Shown here: positions 1 to 12,529 of the stretch, one piece after another
Position numbering within the stretch: position 1 is the stretch's first letter
Layout of the letters: each line of letters starts with the position of its first letter
Source of the DNA: Octopus vulgaris
Lineage: Eukaryota
Direction: 5' to 3'
DNA length: 64,000 bases
Assembly: GCA_951406725.2 (NCBI GenBank)
Contig: OX597825.1
Location: 2,108,001 to 2,172,000 of the forward strand
Notes under the pieces: model-generated
The model's input: only the letters and a program-made list of their open reading frames with translations
Databases searched by the model: none
Told to the model about the DNA's origin: nothing
Made by a program: the position numbers and the translations under genes

Positions 1-104
1 ACACAAACTACTGTTGCCAAGCGGTGGTAATGGGTTCAAATGCAAACACAAAATACGCGCGCATAGACATGCTTACACCTCTGTCTGTCTGTCTGTCTGT
101 CTCC

Positions 105-165
<61 letters not shown>

Positions 166-215
166 CAGACATAGGTAAGTATGTAAGGATATGTTTTCGT
201 ACGAACTTTTCTCCC

Positions 216-259
<44 letters not shown>

Positions 260-260
260 C

Positions 261-450
261 TCTTTAACTTGTTTCAGACATTTGACAGTGGCCATGCTGG
301 AGGACCACCATTTGTCGACCAAATCGACCGCAGGAATTATTCTTTGTAAGCCTGGTATTTATTCTATTGGTGCTTTTTGCCGAACCACTAAGTTACGGGA
401 ACCTAAACGAACCAGCATCGGTTGTCAAGCGATGTTGGGGGACAAACACT
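261..450 (-). mobile_element. SINE family A, 3' half
   Basis: Reverse complement matches 24065-24250; same-strand match to 56012-56200. Confidence 0.85.
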
Positions 451-466
451 GACACAAACACACACG

Positions 467-517
<51 letters not shown>

Positions 518-521
<4 letters not shown>

Positions 522-1137
522 TGACGCATATTTGCCATTTGAATATGGCTAACCCCTAAGGGTGGATGCTACTGTAGTTTGTAGCCCCAGGAAGATATCT
601 CCTCCAGCTGGCTATAGACACACTATCTGTGCCCTATCAGTATTTGTGAAGGGAAGTCATCCTTCCCGTCTGGGGCTACAAACTACAGTAGCATCCACCC
701 TTAAGGGTTAGCCATATTCAAATGGCAAATATGCGTCACGTTGTGTTACCGCTGCTGTTTATAACTCACTCTGAGATTTATCATTGTTTGATTTCACTTT
801 TTCAATATCAGTGTCAATCGACACTGGAAAAAGTATATGTATTTGTGAGGGAAACTGAATTCTCGTCGACAACTATGATTATCACACGCTGATGATAGGT
901 AAATACCTTGAAACTCGAGTCCGTGTGTATCATAAGTTGAAGACGGGAAGGATGACTTCCCTTCACAAATACTGATAGGCCACAGATAGTGTGTCTATAG
1001 CCAGCTGGAGGAGATATCTTCCTGGGGCTACAAACTACGGTGGCATCCACCCTTAGGGGTTAGCCATATTCAAATAGCAAATATGCGTCACGATGTGTTA
1101 CCGCTACTGTTTATAACTCGCTCTGAGATTTATCATT
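518..1137 (+). mobile_element. Non-autonomous Penelope-like / retrozyme-like element: 352-bp unit, partial tandem copy and inverted terminal duplication, inserted in (TA)n
   Basis: 671-785 is directly repeated at 1023-1137 (period 352). 518-671 is the reverse complement of 941-1094 with few mismatches. (TA)n flanks both sides and a hammerhead lies at 871-939. No credible coding capacity. Confidence 0.8.
871..939 (+). ncRNA. Type I hammerhead ribozyme, minimal form with palindromic stem III
   Basis: Stem I CACACG(883-888)/CGTGTG(922-927), extendable through AACTATGAT/ATCATAAGTT. Core CTGATGA(889-895). Stem II AGGT-AAAT-ACCT(897-908). GAAA(910-913). Stem III CTCGAG(914-919). GUC cleavage triplet with the cut predicted after 921. 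Confidence 0.9.
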
Positions 1138-1160
1138 ATATGTATATATATATATATATA

Positions 1161-1308
1161 ATGGCGTCTTTCAGTTACTGTCTACCAATTCACTGATAAG
1201 ATCTTGAGGAAGCCTAGGATGACGCTTGCCCAAGGTATCACGCAGTAGGAATGAAACTGGTACAACATAATTGAGTAGCGCGTTTCTCTACCACGCAACC
1301 ACTTCCGA
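1161..1308 (-). mobile_element. SINE family A, diverged 5' half (tRNA-like head and CORE-like block)
   Basis: Contains CTTGCCCAAGGTATCACGCAGT, matching the reverse complement of 23853-24015. Confidence 0.7.
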
Positions 1309-3229
1309 GTCTCTGTTATAGAATAATATTATAAATAAACAATGTAAGATAACACTTTATGAATATCATATTTACAAAGCAGGATATAGATAGAATATAG
1401 CGGGAGTTTTACAGCACCGAATGGAATACCTGGTATTATTGGGTGAAGGAGTGCACCTGAAAACCCTGATTACAAATTCCCACCGAATTTAGCTATGCTT
1501 GTCAGTGTTTTGGGGTCAATAATTAAAGTACAAATCAAGTACTGAGGGCGAAACTTCTTTTAACGTGTACCAGTTATCCAAAGGTCCAATCTTGTCGCAC
1601 CACTCCACACCATTTCAGACTGAGAATAACGTTAATGTTGTAAATGTCTGTGGAATAATGTTTAATTTCACGAGTGGATTCAGCTTAGCGAACACATTCA
1701 TGCGCAACTTCGAAACTAGCGGAGAATCCACCGTAAAATAAAATGTTGATAGGAAATTATAATTTAACAATGGTCTTTTCATAATATAGCTTTACTTTCT
1801 AATATATTTTGGCGACATAACACCTCGTTACATTTTTGTTTTTGCTGGTTTTAATTCAGCTTTAATTCTGCTTTAATTTACCGGGTTTGCAATCAAAGGA
1901 TATCAAACAATGACCATCATTCCCAATTTTTTTTCCAAAATCAGTCTACACAAGAGAATACTTTCTTGTCTCCTTTACAATAATGCAATACAGTACGGTT
2001 CAAGGATGATAAATGTTATTATTTGTAGCAGATGGAACCATCAAAAAGAAGCTATTTACTATTTCAAAACTGTCATATATCAACACACATATACGTAAAT
2101 TTATATATATATGTATATCAATATATATCTACAAATATAGATGCATACTCTGTCACTCCGCCCATCCATCCATCCAGTAAGCCAGCCAGCCATCCAACCA
2201 TCTATCTATATAAAATATATGCAATTAGTTCCTCATTAATGCTGCAGGATTCAAAAAGACCCTTATGTGTTTCACAAGTAGACTTAAACTTGCCAATTCT
2301 TCACTAAAGGCTGTTTCTTTTATATGTTTACACACACATGCATACACATGAGAATTACGCTCACATGAAAATTATTTTCAAGACAAAAAATTAAGTCACC
2401 AAGTGAATTAATCTATGGAACGTCAGATCAGAGCCAATTATTGTAATTTAATTTTGAAAATCGGTCAATATAATTTTATTCCTGAAACGAAACCGTAAAC
2501 TTTACCGAGAGACCACGGCGTGGATATAATCCTACTTCTCATCAACGGTTACATGATGCTCGACAACAAACCAAATATCTACAGCTGCTACATTTTGTTG
2601 GCAGGTAGTTTGTTCACTGATTTGCTCTCATGATACATAATAACATCTGTAACAGCTGGAATGGCGAGGAAAACATATTTTACGAACTGGAAAAGCGAAA
2701 AAAAAAAGAAAGTATTACAACATATCCTTAGAGAAATGTTTCTACAGAAGATAATTTATTTTTAAACTTTGCAGGAAAAAACCACCCGTGATTAATTCAA
2801 ATAAGAGACTAAATGAATTGATTCTAATGGCGATTACAAAGTCGGAAGTAAATATTTACAACACTGTACGTGTGTCCATTTTGGCAAATTAGTGCTGGTT
2901 TAACAGCGAAGAATTTTAAAAGACAAAACAGTAAGAAAATGTATCTTTGCAGATTAGAGAACTTAAAATAAAATCGTTGGTTTCCAGAAAATTATAAGTT
3001 ATGTGTGTTTCTTGTAATATGCCAACGAACAATTAATTACTTCTCCGCTTGTATACGGCAGAGTTAATAAAAAGAGGAAAATTGGTGCAAAATAACAATC
3101 CCCAAAGAAGAGTTAATGGCTGTGAACAAACTCTCCGGAATCCGAAGTTAGTTGTACGAAATAATGAAGACATATTATTCAAAATAATGGGGGATAATCA
3201 ATACAAGTTACAGAATAACGCTGTGTCTT

Positions 3230-3880
3230 CTCAGTAAGATGCAGTTTTGGTTGAAATTTCTTGTAACCCGGCAAACGACATAATTACTCAGTTATTACGC
3301 ATTTTTTTTTATTGATTCTCCACAATATATTTTAACGCTAGCAACATTTTTGGTGTTTGCTTCCTTCCCGTTTGGAGTGAGAACATAATTCCAATCTAGA
3401 TTTAGAATGACTAGAAGAAATTCTGAAGAAGTATTACCTAATATTACCTAAAAACTATACACCTATAATGAGACTTATGAGACAACGATTAAAAAATTCA
3501 GGATTAGAAGTCACGAGGAAATGACTTGATTATCGCATACTACTGTCAGTACTTTGTCAAGATTTACAAGGAAGTATTCGATGGAGATGTAAATGCATAA
3601 AACTGAACGGCATCGGGTGAGAGAAAATTGAATCTTAAATCCATCACTTGGCAAAAAATTGTTAGCTACGAGTCAAACCCGTGCCAGCATCTTAGGATAG
3701 AAACTTAAACGATACAAGTGTAACAAGAGATTATAACTCTAGCTTAAAAAGTCACGCTCCTTAATCCATACGGCATACATTGGATTAAAAGACCGAATAT
3801 GTTTGCTGCATATCAGTATTTAGGATAATCTAGTAGATGCTGAATACGATCTGGATCATAGAAATATTGACTTATGAGAG
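3230..3880 (+). pseudogene. Highly decayed non-LTR retrotransposon reverse transcriptase remnant (RTE/CR1-like)
   Basis: Ordered degenerate motifs across frames: VWSENIIP (3370), NYTPI (3453; cf. NYRPI), FRIRS (3497), FVKIYKEVFD (3553; cf. FVDxxKAFD), DAEYD (~3836; cf. YADD). Many stops and frameshifts. Confidence 0.45.
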
Positions 3881-4117
3881 ACACATGTGGCACATGTGGC
3901 ACTTGATGTTTTTGCTTGAAACTACAGGAAATCTACAAAGGTGTAAAGTCACTTGCAAGGTCCTCAAAATATTGTAATACGCTCACGATATCTGCATCAA
4001 ATGCTGAACTTTATCTGTGGGACAAGTTCACATTTATTACACTCTGATGCAGTCACGCGAATTGAAAGTACGAATTCATTTTCAAACATTTCCACGTAAA
4101 AGTCAAAACACACACAC

Positions 4118-4174
<57 letters not shown>

Positions 4175-5703
4175 CTCTTACAATCAAGTATGTTCATGGT
4201 GGAATGTGCCATGCTTTCACACATTGGTTAAAGTGAATATGTAGTAGCAAGCAGACATTAGTCTACTCTCCACTTGTCGACGTTCACTCAATGGGCCGTT
4301 AAGGATGAGACAGCCGGAGGTAGACAGAACAAATGAGAGAAACGGGGAGAGGAAGATAGAGGGGAGGATAGAGGAAGATAAAGCGAAAGTAAAAGAGAGA
4401 GGTGTAGAGAGAGAAGTGAGCGAACGCGTGAGAGATATTTAACACTTGGCTGAAGTCGTTTTCGGGATAAGTAGGTTGGAGTAAGGTGAAATGAAGTGCT
4501 ATGCTGAAGGAGAAATTGCGACAAATGTTCCTGGAACCAAACCATCGACATCGAAGTCGGAATCTATACACAAGCCATAAGGTCACGTGTTTATATACAA
4601 TTACTTCGCACACTCACATACGCGCACACATATGTATGTATGCATGTATGTATGCATGTATGTATGTGTGTGTGTATGTATGTGTGTATGCATGCATGCA
4701 TGTATGTATGCATGTATGTATGTGTGTGTGTATGTATGTACGTAAGTATGTATGTTTGTAAGTATGTATGTATGTATGTATGTGTGTATGTGTGTATGTA
4801 TGTATGTATGTATATATATCTATGTATCTATGTATATATGTCGTACATGTGTATGAATTGATGTGTATACATATGAATGTAAGTATGTAGGAATGAATGA
4901 AAATTATCGAAAGCTATGAAAGCTAAAACGTCATTTTCTTTATTAGTAATTTAGCCCAGTCAAATCGTGACTCTGAAACGGAAAAAAAAAACCAAAAAAA
5001 TTCTATAGAAATTTTTTTTCTTCTGTTCATTTTATACAAGAAAAGTTTAGTAGTTACTGATTATTACAGATTTTTGTTCTAAGATGAATAGCAATGAACG
5101 AGACGGTAATTACAATATACGCCCCACATACGCACATAGAGACGAGCATCACTACACATATACACACATGAAATATATATAACACTGAGAGAAGGAGGCA
5201 GCCGGAGGGAGTGAAAGTGTGAATGTGAAGAAGAAGAAGAAGAAGAAGAAGAACAAGAAGAACAAGAAGTAGAAGCGAGCATTGTTTTTCTAAATCAATT
5301 TTAATCAGAGTATTTTTGCTTCAAAAACTTTTTAGTTAACCGTAACTAACAAATATATCCTAACGCCAATTGAAATTTTGTGAAATAATTTTATCGTAAA
5401 TGAAAAAAAAAAAAGGCGAATAATTAAATTCTGGTTGAAAAATCAAAATAATGTCATTTTTATTGCAGCAATGGGAATAAACGTTTAGGAATAGTGAACA
5501 CTAGAATCTTTAATTTAATTTTAGTTTGACAAATCTTCATTACTACAAAATAATAAAGAAATTCAGAATTAATTTAGAAATATTCTGCTTCACTTGACAA
5601 ATGTATATTTAGATTATTTTCTCGGTAATTTCGCCCAAACAAGAGCATTTCCTAAGTCAATAACTAGGTGCCTATAAAATACATGTATGTATATATGTAT
5701 ATA

Positions 5704-5761
<58 letters not shown>

Positions 5762-5846
5762 CACACACATATATATATGTATTTATATGTGTATCTCTCT
5801 CTCTCTCCCTCTCTCTCTTTCCATATATATATATATGCATACATAC

Positions 5847-5920
<74 letters not shown>

Positions 5921-6473
5921 TCATACACATATATGTATATAATGCGTATATGAATAAAATGTACACACGCACACATATTTATTTTTGTGTTTGTATATAT
6001 ATATATATAGATGTATAGACACACACACGCACACACTCATATATATAATGCGTATATGTATGAAATGGACACATGCGTACACATTTATTGAAATTGTGTG
6101 TGCGTATATGTATATATGTCTGTGTGTCTGTGCGTGCGACTACATGCGTATCTGTGAATGTATATATTATTTAGTTATATGTAAAACGCGCGAAAAAATC
6201 GCGTGGGCCAATTCGAGACGAAAATAAGGAAAATGTATTTATCTCTTCATCTATGAATCTAAATATAGAAACAATTTTTGATAATATCAGTAGAATTTAG
6301 AGAGTGACTCAAGGCCATATATGGTCACATTTAAATATATATGCTGAGCGAACAGCTACGTATTTATGCATATACAGATATACATATATACTTATATATA
6401 CGTGTGTTTAAACATATATATGTGTGTGTGTGTGTATGTGAATACGTATGTTATATATATATATATATATATG

Positions 6474-6533
<60 letters not shown>

Positions 6534-6825
6534 GTGTGTATATGTGTATGCCTGTGACTATGTGTATGCTTGTGTGTGTGTACAACACAATGTGATTGAA
6601 AAGTAGGAATTTATATTAAACCTTTTTCCACAGTTAAGTTTACTTATTAAAAATATTATTAAAAAATATAAGCTCTGATCGACAGGTAATGGTTTCTATA
6701 ATTTCCATTACGATTATCTCATCGATATGTGTACGTGTGCGCGCGTGCGCGTGTATATCCCTGCATGAGTGCGCGTTATAAAGCAATGACGCATTCACAC
6801 ACATATGCATGTGGATATATATAGA

Positions 6826-6877
<52 letters not shown>

Positions 6878-6889
6878 GTCTCTGTCTAT

Positions 6890-6931
<42 letters not shown>

Positions 6932-7387
6932 ATATTTGTATATACATACACACACACACACACCTACATATATATATATTACAAACGGTCAAGCAAAGCA
7001 TTTGGCGTTACTCAAGCTTATTTAATTCGTAATAATGAGTACAAATACACGTCAAACGACGCATACTACTCGCATCTCTTTTCTGTCTGTCTGTCTGTCT
7101 CTCTCTGAATATATATATATACACACACAAACTTTGGAGGTGTAGAATGTATTGGGTGTTATACTGACAAGAAAGTACATTTCGAACGCAGGATAGGCGT
7201 AGATGACTGCCGACAATTTTTTCCGGTCTTTCAAGTGTAAATATCCCGCTTTTCTGCTGTTGTCAGGGCTATACTGCTTTCGAAATCTTTCTTCTATGTA
7301 AGATATACATACTTATATCTATATATATATTTGTATATATATATTTGTGTATGTATATATATATATATTTGTATATATATATTTGTG

Positions 7388-7469
<82 letters not shown>

Positions 7470-7474
<5 letters not shown>

Positions 7475-7950
7475 GGGGTTACATTGAAAAATGTATCAGT
7501 ACAGAGCTAATTATGTTAATATTAACACTGTAGTTGTATATGGTATTCAAGCGTTTAATATCGAGTACCTGTCTAGACCAGCGCATTGAGCTCAATAGTG
7601 ATTGCTCGTAGTTAAACGAAAGTGATGCATTTGAACTGCAGTGTCACATTTAGCCTTTGCACCGAATATCTTTTTTGGTGTGTATGTGTACTGCAGAGAT
7701 CAGAGACAAGTTTCAATTTTTAATTCGTTTTTGTGTACCGTATTCAAAAGCAAAACGAGAAAAATCTTCCCTTGCAAATTCACTCCTAGGTAGGTAGAGG
7801 AAGGTTGCGGGCGATAGTGTTCAAAAGAAGGTCCAGTAATGTTCAGAACTACCACACACCTCAGCATACAAACGCCCACACACATATATTCTGCTGTGTA
7901 TTGAAAATTGAAAAGAAAGGCTTGCACAGATCAATCGCCAACGCACTGTT
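7470..7950 (+). mobile_element. Possible decayed Tc1/mariner element (left end and HTH remnant)
   Basis: Starts right after a TA tract with TACATGGGGTT..GAAAAATGT, resembling a mariner TIR. Weak KEG and NRQRT transposase-like fragments at 7820-7950. Confidence 0.3.
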
Positions 7951-8371
7951 ACATGTTCTTACGCAAATATAAACTTTATGGATCACATTCAAAAGAAAGA
8001 CCAGCACACTTCAATACCTCACACACTTTCTATACACAAACACACGCAAAAACATATACTTAGACGCATAAATACATACGCATAAACACATACGCACATG
8101 CACACACGCGTACACACACAAATACGCAATACATATTCTCAAACGCAGACATTCGTACTCATACGCACGCCTTGGGGATGATAATCAAAAGCAAAGCCAA
8201 CATAATTCTCTCGTCAAAACATTATTATACACCCACACACATTCTCAAGACCAATATTCAAAAGAATGGACGTCACACTTCATTGCACAAAACAGTGATT
8301 ACACTCACACACAACACACGCTTACATACACACACACGTTTACACACACAACCTCACACATGCACACAAGC

Positions 8372-8405
<34 letters not shown>

Positions 8406-8883
8406 GCGAACATTGAAAACAAAGTCACATTTCACTCACCAACACACGATTGCATGTACACTCAAACAGTGTGAACGCATGAAGAACAAAAGCGAGTAAG
8501 GTTCACTCGTGAGGTCTGTTTTATATACATACACGCATACACACATATACACAGGCAGACAAATACACACACATACACGTACATAAATTTTATACATACA
8601 TAAATACTTACATACTTACTTATATACCAACATACATAAGTACGGAGGAAACTGACACATGTATGTACACATGTATAAATATGGATGCGTGTATATGTAT
8701 ATATATATATAAATTTCTATGTATGTATATATATATCGCAAACACAAACGCACACGCGCACACACTCCCACATGTGTGTGCCGGAGGCGAGACCAAGATA
8801 ATCGATAAATAGATAATACAGAGTAGTGCTCGAATGGATGGGACCTTAAAGCAGAGCTTCGTTAACTCCGCATCTGGCACCAT

Positions 8884-9048
8884 GGCCTAGTGGAGGCACA
8901 TAACCTAGTGGTTAGAGCAGCGGACTCGCGGTCGAAGGATCGCGGGTTCGAATCTCAGACCTGGCGAAACAACTAAGCTCCACGCAGCTCCGACAGAAGG
9001 TAATGGCAAATTTCTGCTGACTCTTTCGCCACAAATTTCTCTCACTCG
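8884..9048 (+). mobile_element. tRNA-derived SINE head (tRNA-Arg-like), truncated
   Basis: A box TAACCTAGTGGTTAG, TCG-containing loop and B box GGTTCGAATC, followed by a non-tRNA body; no acceptor stem. Confidence 0.75.
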
Positions 9049-9186
9049 ATAGCTGCTTGAAGACGTCCGTATCTTATGAAGCAACCATTTTTATTATTAA
9101 TATCAGAAACAAGTGCATATGTAATTGTTACAGCGAATTAGAATCTGATCTCAAGATTGGCAGTGCAAGTGCGTGTTGGTTTGTAA

Positions 9187-9263
9187 TGTTTACAAATAAA
9201 ATGTTTTAAAACCTTTGTAATGTTTACAAATACAAAGGTTTTAAAACATTTTATTTGTAAACA
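9187..9263. repeat. Perfect 33-bp inverted repeat with 11-nt spacer
   Basis: TGTTTACAAATAAAATGTTTTAAAACCTTTGTA (9187-9219) and its exact reverse complement (9231-9263). Confidence 0.95.
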
Positions 9264-9349
9264 GAGAAAGAGAGGCATAGAAGTTGGAAGAGGCGGGAGG
9301 GGAGAGATTTAGTGGAAGAAAAGGAGTGCTTCAATGGCGAGACGAACAG

Positions 9350-9900
9350 ATAATGTAGCTTACATAAATACGGCCATTTTGAAAGAGCTTTCGAGAGGAC
9401 TTTCCATAAACTTTTTCTTCCTCTAATAATTTATATTTTGTGCTCCATGTAAAGACACATTCCTGCACAACTGTATTTATGCATCACACTTTTCCTCAGC
9501 GTGTATAAATCTTGTATTTAATCTTTAAATTGTTTACTTGTCTCAGTCATTTCACCTCGGCCATAATCGAACAAATGCACCTGCTGAACAGGCATTCGCA
9601 TTCTCCACTGTATCTCTCCATGTCTTACAATATTTACAATATTCGCAGAGCAGTGAACAGCAGTCTCTAACACATCTGAGATTTCATCAGCACACCAAGT
9701 TGTTCCTCAAAAACAAGGATACATATAAAAATACCATCAAATTTAACCCGAGAATGCAGTATTTATATATGCACTCGAGTACTTATCATTTCTAAATCAT
9801 GCTAGGGGTCACTTCTAAATCGTGCTGCACTATGGGTCACAAAACAGATATAAATATGGACATATATTTCTAAATCTCTTAGAGAGATTTATGCAGTAGC
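9350..9900 (-). pseudogene. Decayed hAT (Charlie/Buster-like) transposase remnant
   Basis: Minus strand reads EISDVLETAVHCSANIVNIVRHGEIQWRMR (cf. ELxxVLxxxVKxVNxI..HTEVRWLSR) and then NVSLHG (cf. NLSLQG). Confidence 0.4.
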
Positions 9901-9944
9901 AGCATAAAGCAGATAAAGTAATAGTATGTTGTTAACTTAGTGTG

Positions 9945-10130
9945 ACTGTTCCATCATAAAGAAAGAATGCAATGACTCTGAAACCAGTCTCTGGACTCTG
10001 GCTTTGCTGGGTGGAGGTACTTATCTCCACTTTGAAAACATAAGGTCACAGGAAATGAGTCAAGTCTACCAGGAAACGGTGTTTCCTAGGGCTAAATAAC
10101 AGTAGCATTCATCCCTTTTATGGGACTGTG
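9945..10130 (+). mobile_element. Diverged relative of the 518-1137 hammerhead element
   Basis: Colinear similarity: GAAACCAGTC (9980-9989), hairpin GTGGAG..CTCCAC, AGGTCACAG, and TTCCTAGGGCTAAATAACAGTAGCATTCATCCCTT compared with TTCCTGGGGCTACAAACTACGGTGGCATCCACCCTT. Confidence 0.5.
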
Positions 10131-10928
10131 ACATTAAGCTGATGACATACTATCACTAGATCTAAAAATGTTGTCAAAGGTGTGTTGCTGTCAAATGTTA
10201 GCATTGAAATTAATTCCACACCAAGTGGAATCGTCTTTATATTTTCATCGAAGTATTGTGTTAGGATGATTTTAACCTAGTAATCATTTCAGCTTTGTTT
10301 TTAGGATTTATAATAAACCAATCGTTTTGTTTATTAACTACGCTGATAAGTCAAGCGAATACTTTTAAACTCATTATGATTGTTGCTTGTGCATTAGTAA
10401 CCAGAATGCTTCTCTTGTTACTTTCGATCAGCCCTAAATTTGATTTATAGCTCTATTTCTTTAACCAAATTCAGTGTTCTGTCTACAGCGGAAACAAATT
10501 TTCTTTATAATAGATCTATTTTTTCCGTAAGAGGAAAAAGAAATACCATCTTTTACCAAACGATAAAATATTTTATGAAGTATATAGGAATATTGAAATA
10601 TTTTCCTCATATTATTTTCTTTTCTTAAATTTTAGTTTCCGTTTAAGAATTTCTGAAAATTATATTTTTTGAAAGATGTTATTTATATGATTTATATAAA
10701 TCAAGCGAATTTCAGAAACATGACAGACAAGTTTGTTTAAGTCCACAAACGTGATATGGTTGTTGATTTAAAAGGTACCTTGATTAAGTTGACCTTTTCA
10801 ATATTTAAAAAGTGCCTGCCACTGTTGTCAATATTGTAAACACACACACGTTAGCATAGCTGTACGCGCACAAACGCGTGCGCGCGTGCGTTCAAGCATC
10901 TGTGCCGACACATACGTCTCAGATATAT

Positions 10929-11163
<235 letters not shown>

Positions 11164-11296
11164 AATTATATATTCTAGCCTGCATATGAATCTCTCCCTT
11201 CCTCTTTCTAGTACCATTCCTTTGTCTTAAACACAATGTTATCCAATCCATCCCTGTCCATCCCTTACAAAATATTAATTTTTTTTTTATCCACAG

Positions 11297-12099
11297 TTAT
11301 TTGTCTATATTTACACAATGGAAATAAGTACACGTCCATTCCAGTGGCACATTTTGTACAACGAAAAAGGCGTATGAAAATGTAAAAAAAAAACCTTTTG
11401 TTAAAAATGGAAAGCATGCTGAATGCCACTGTCAAGTGTGTGGAGATTTCAAAGTTATAAACATGAATTTAGCCCAGCGGGAAGGCTACACAAAAATGTT
11501 GTCTGTCTTATGTGAATGGGACAGCAGAGCTAAAGCACTGGATGGGTAAAAACTGGCCACAAAGGAGGCGTTTGTTACCGGGATCCAAAAACACTCTGCA
11601 CGAGGTCTTCATCGAACCTGCAAAAGTACTGTTACCACATTTGCATATCAAACTGGGTCTGATGGGACGGTTCGTTAAACCTTTGCTTGCAGCTAGGCCA
11701 TGCTTGAAATATCTCTCAAAGAAATTCCCAAATATAGCTAGTAAGAAAATCAAAGCAGGAATATTTGTTGGTCTTGGCATTCGTAAACTAATGAACGACC
11801 CAAATTATGAGAAATCCATGAATGAATCTCAAAAACAGACATGGGTGACCTTCAAGTATGTTTTCGATAACTTTTTTGGAAACAATAAGCGTTCAAATTA
11901 CAAAGTCATAGTTGATACCATGTTGCAAAACTTCAAGAAGCTTGGCTGCGACTTCAGTGCTAGAATACACTCTCTTCACTCACATCTCAACTGTTTCTTG
12001 AAGAACTTTCGCAATCTAAGTGAAGGGCACGGTGAGAGATTTCATCAGGACATTAAGCTGGAAGGAAATCAAAAGAAAAGGATGTTTGAAAAGGAGTAA
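11297..12099 (+). pseudogene. Chapaev3-like (CMC superfamily) DDE transposase pseudogene, catalytic C-terminal part
   Basis: LHNGNKYTSIPVAH (11311), frameshift, CGDFKVINMNLAQREGYTKMLSVLCEWDSRA (~11439-11531), frameshift, then open frame with LPHLHIKLGLM, KIKAGIFVG, HSLHSHL and SEGHGERFHQDI. This motif series is characteristic of the family. Confidence 0.8.
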
Positions 12100-12529
12100 A
12101 ACTACTTTAAATCTATGGTAAGTACATTAAAAATTTATATTTAATCAATATGGAGGACAACATACATTATTCATATGTTTTTTTATTATTGTTCCAATCA
12201 TTTGTTCTTAATTTTATATGTTTCTTCTAAAAATCTGCCACGAAAGGGAATGAATGACAAGAAAAATCATTATATCTTTGGCAGCAGCCATTTGTGTAAA
12301 ACCATATTTGGAATCAGCACTAAAAAATGCTTCAGAATCACCTCTGAGAGTAGACCATCATCATTTACTTCATTTAAAAATGCAGACTTGTTTAATGTTT
12401 CCTTACTGGAAACAAGAGAACTGCCTGATATTCATGATGTCATAATACAAACAACTGCGGCAATGTAGACACAATGCCAAAACAAATAAAGCGGCGCCCA
12501 TTCACAATACGATCTGCGATCATTGAATT

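Noticed and set aside
5614-6227. Long ORFs of YI/CV/TH/LSIY repeats here and throughout (e.g. 10878-11230, 16895-17501, 20788-21473, 29031-29688)
   Set aside because: Translations of (TA)n, (TG)n, (TATG)n and (TATC)n microsatellites, which lack stop codons in most frames.
8884-8962. Possible tRNA-Arg gene
   Set aside because: A and B boxes are present but there is no paired acceptor stem, and it continues into a SINE body.
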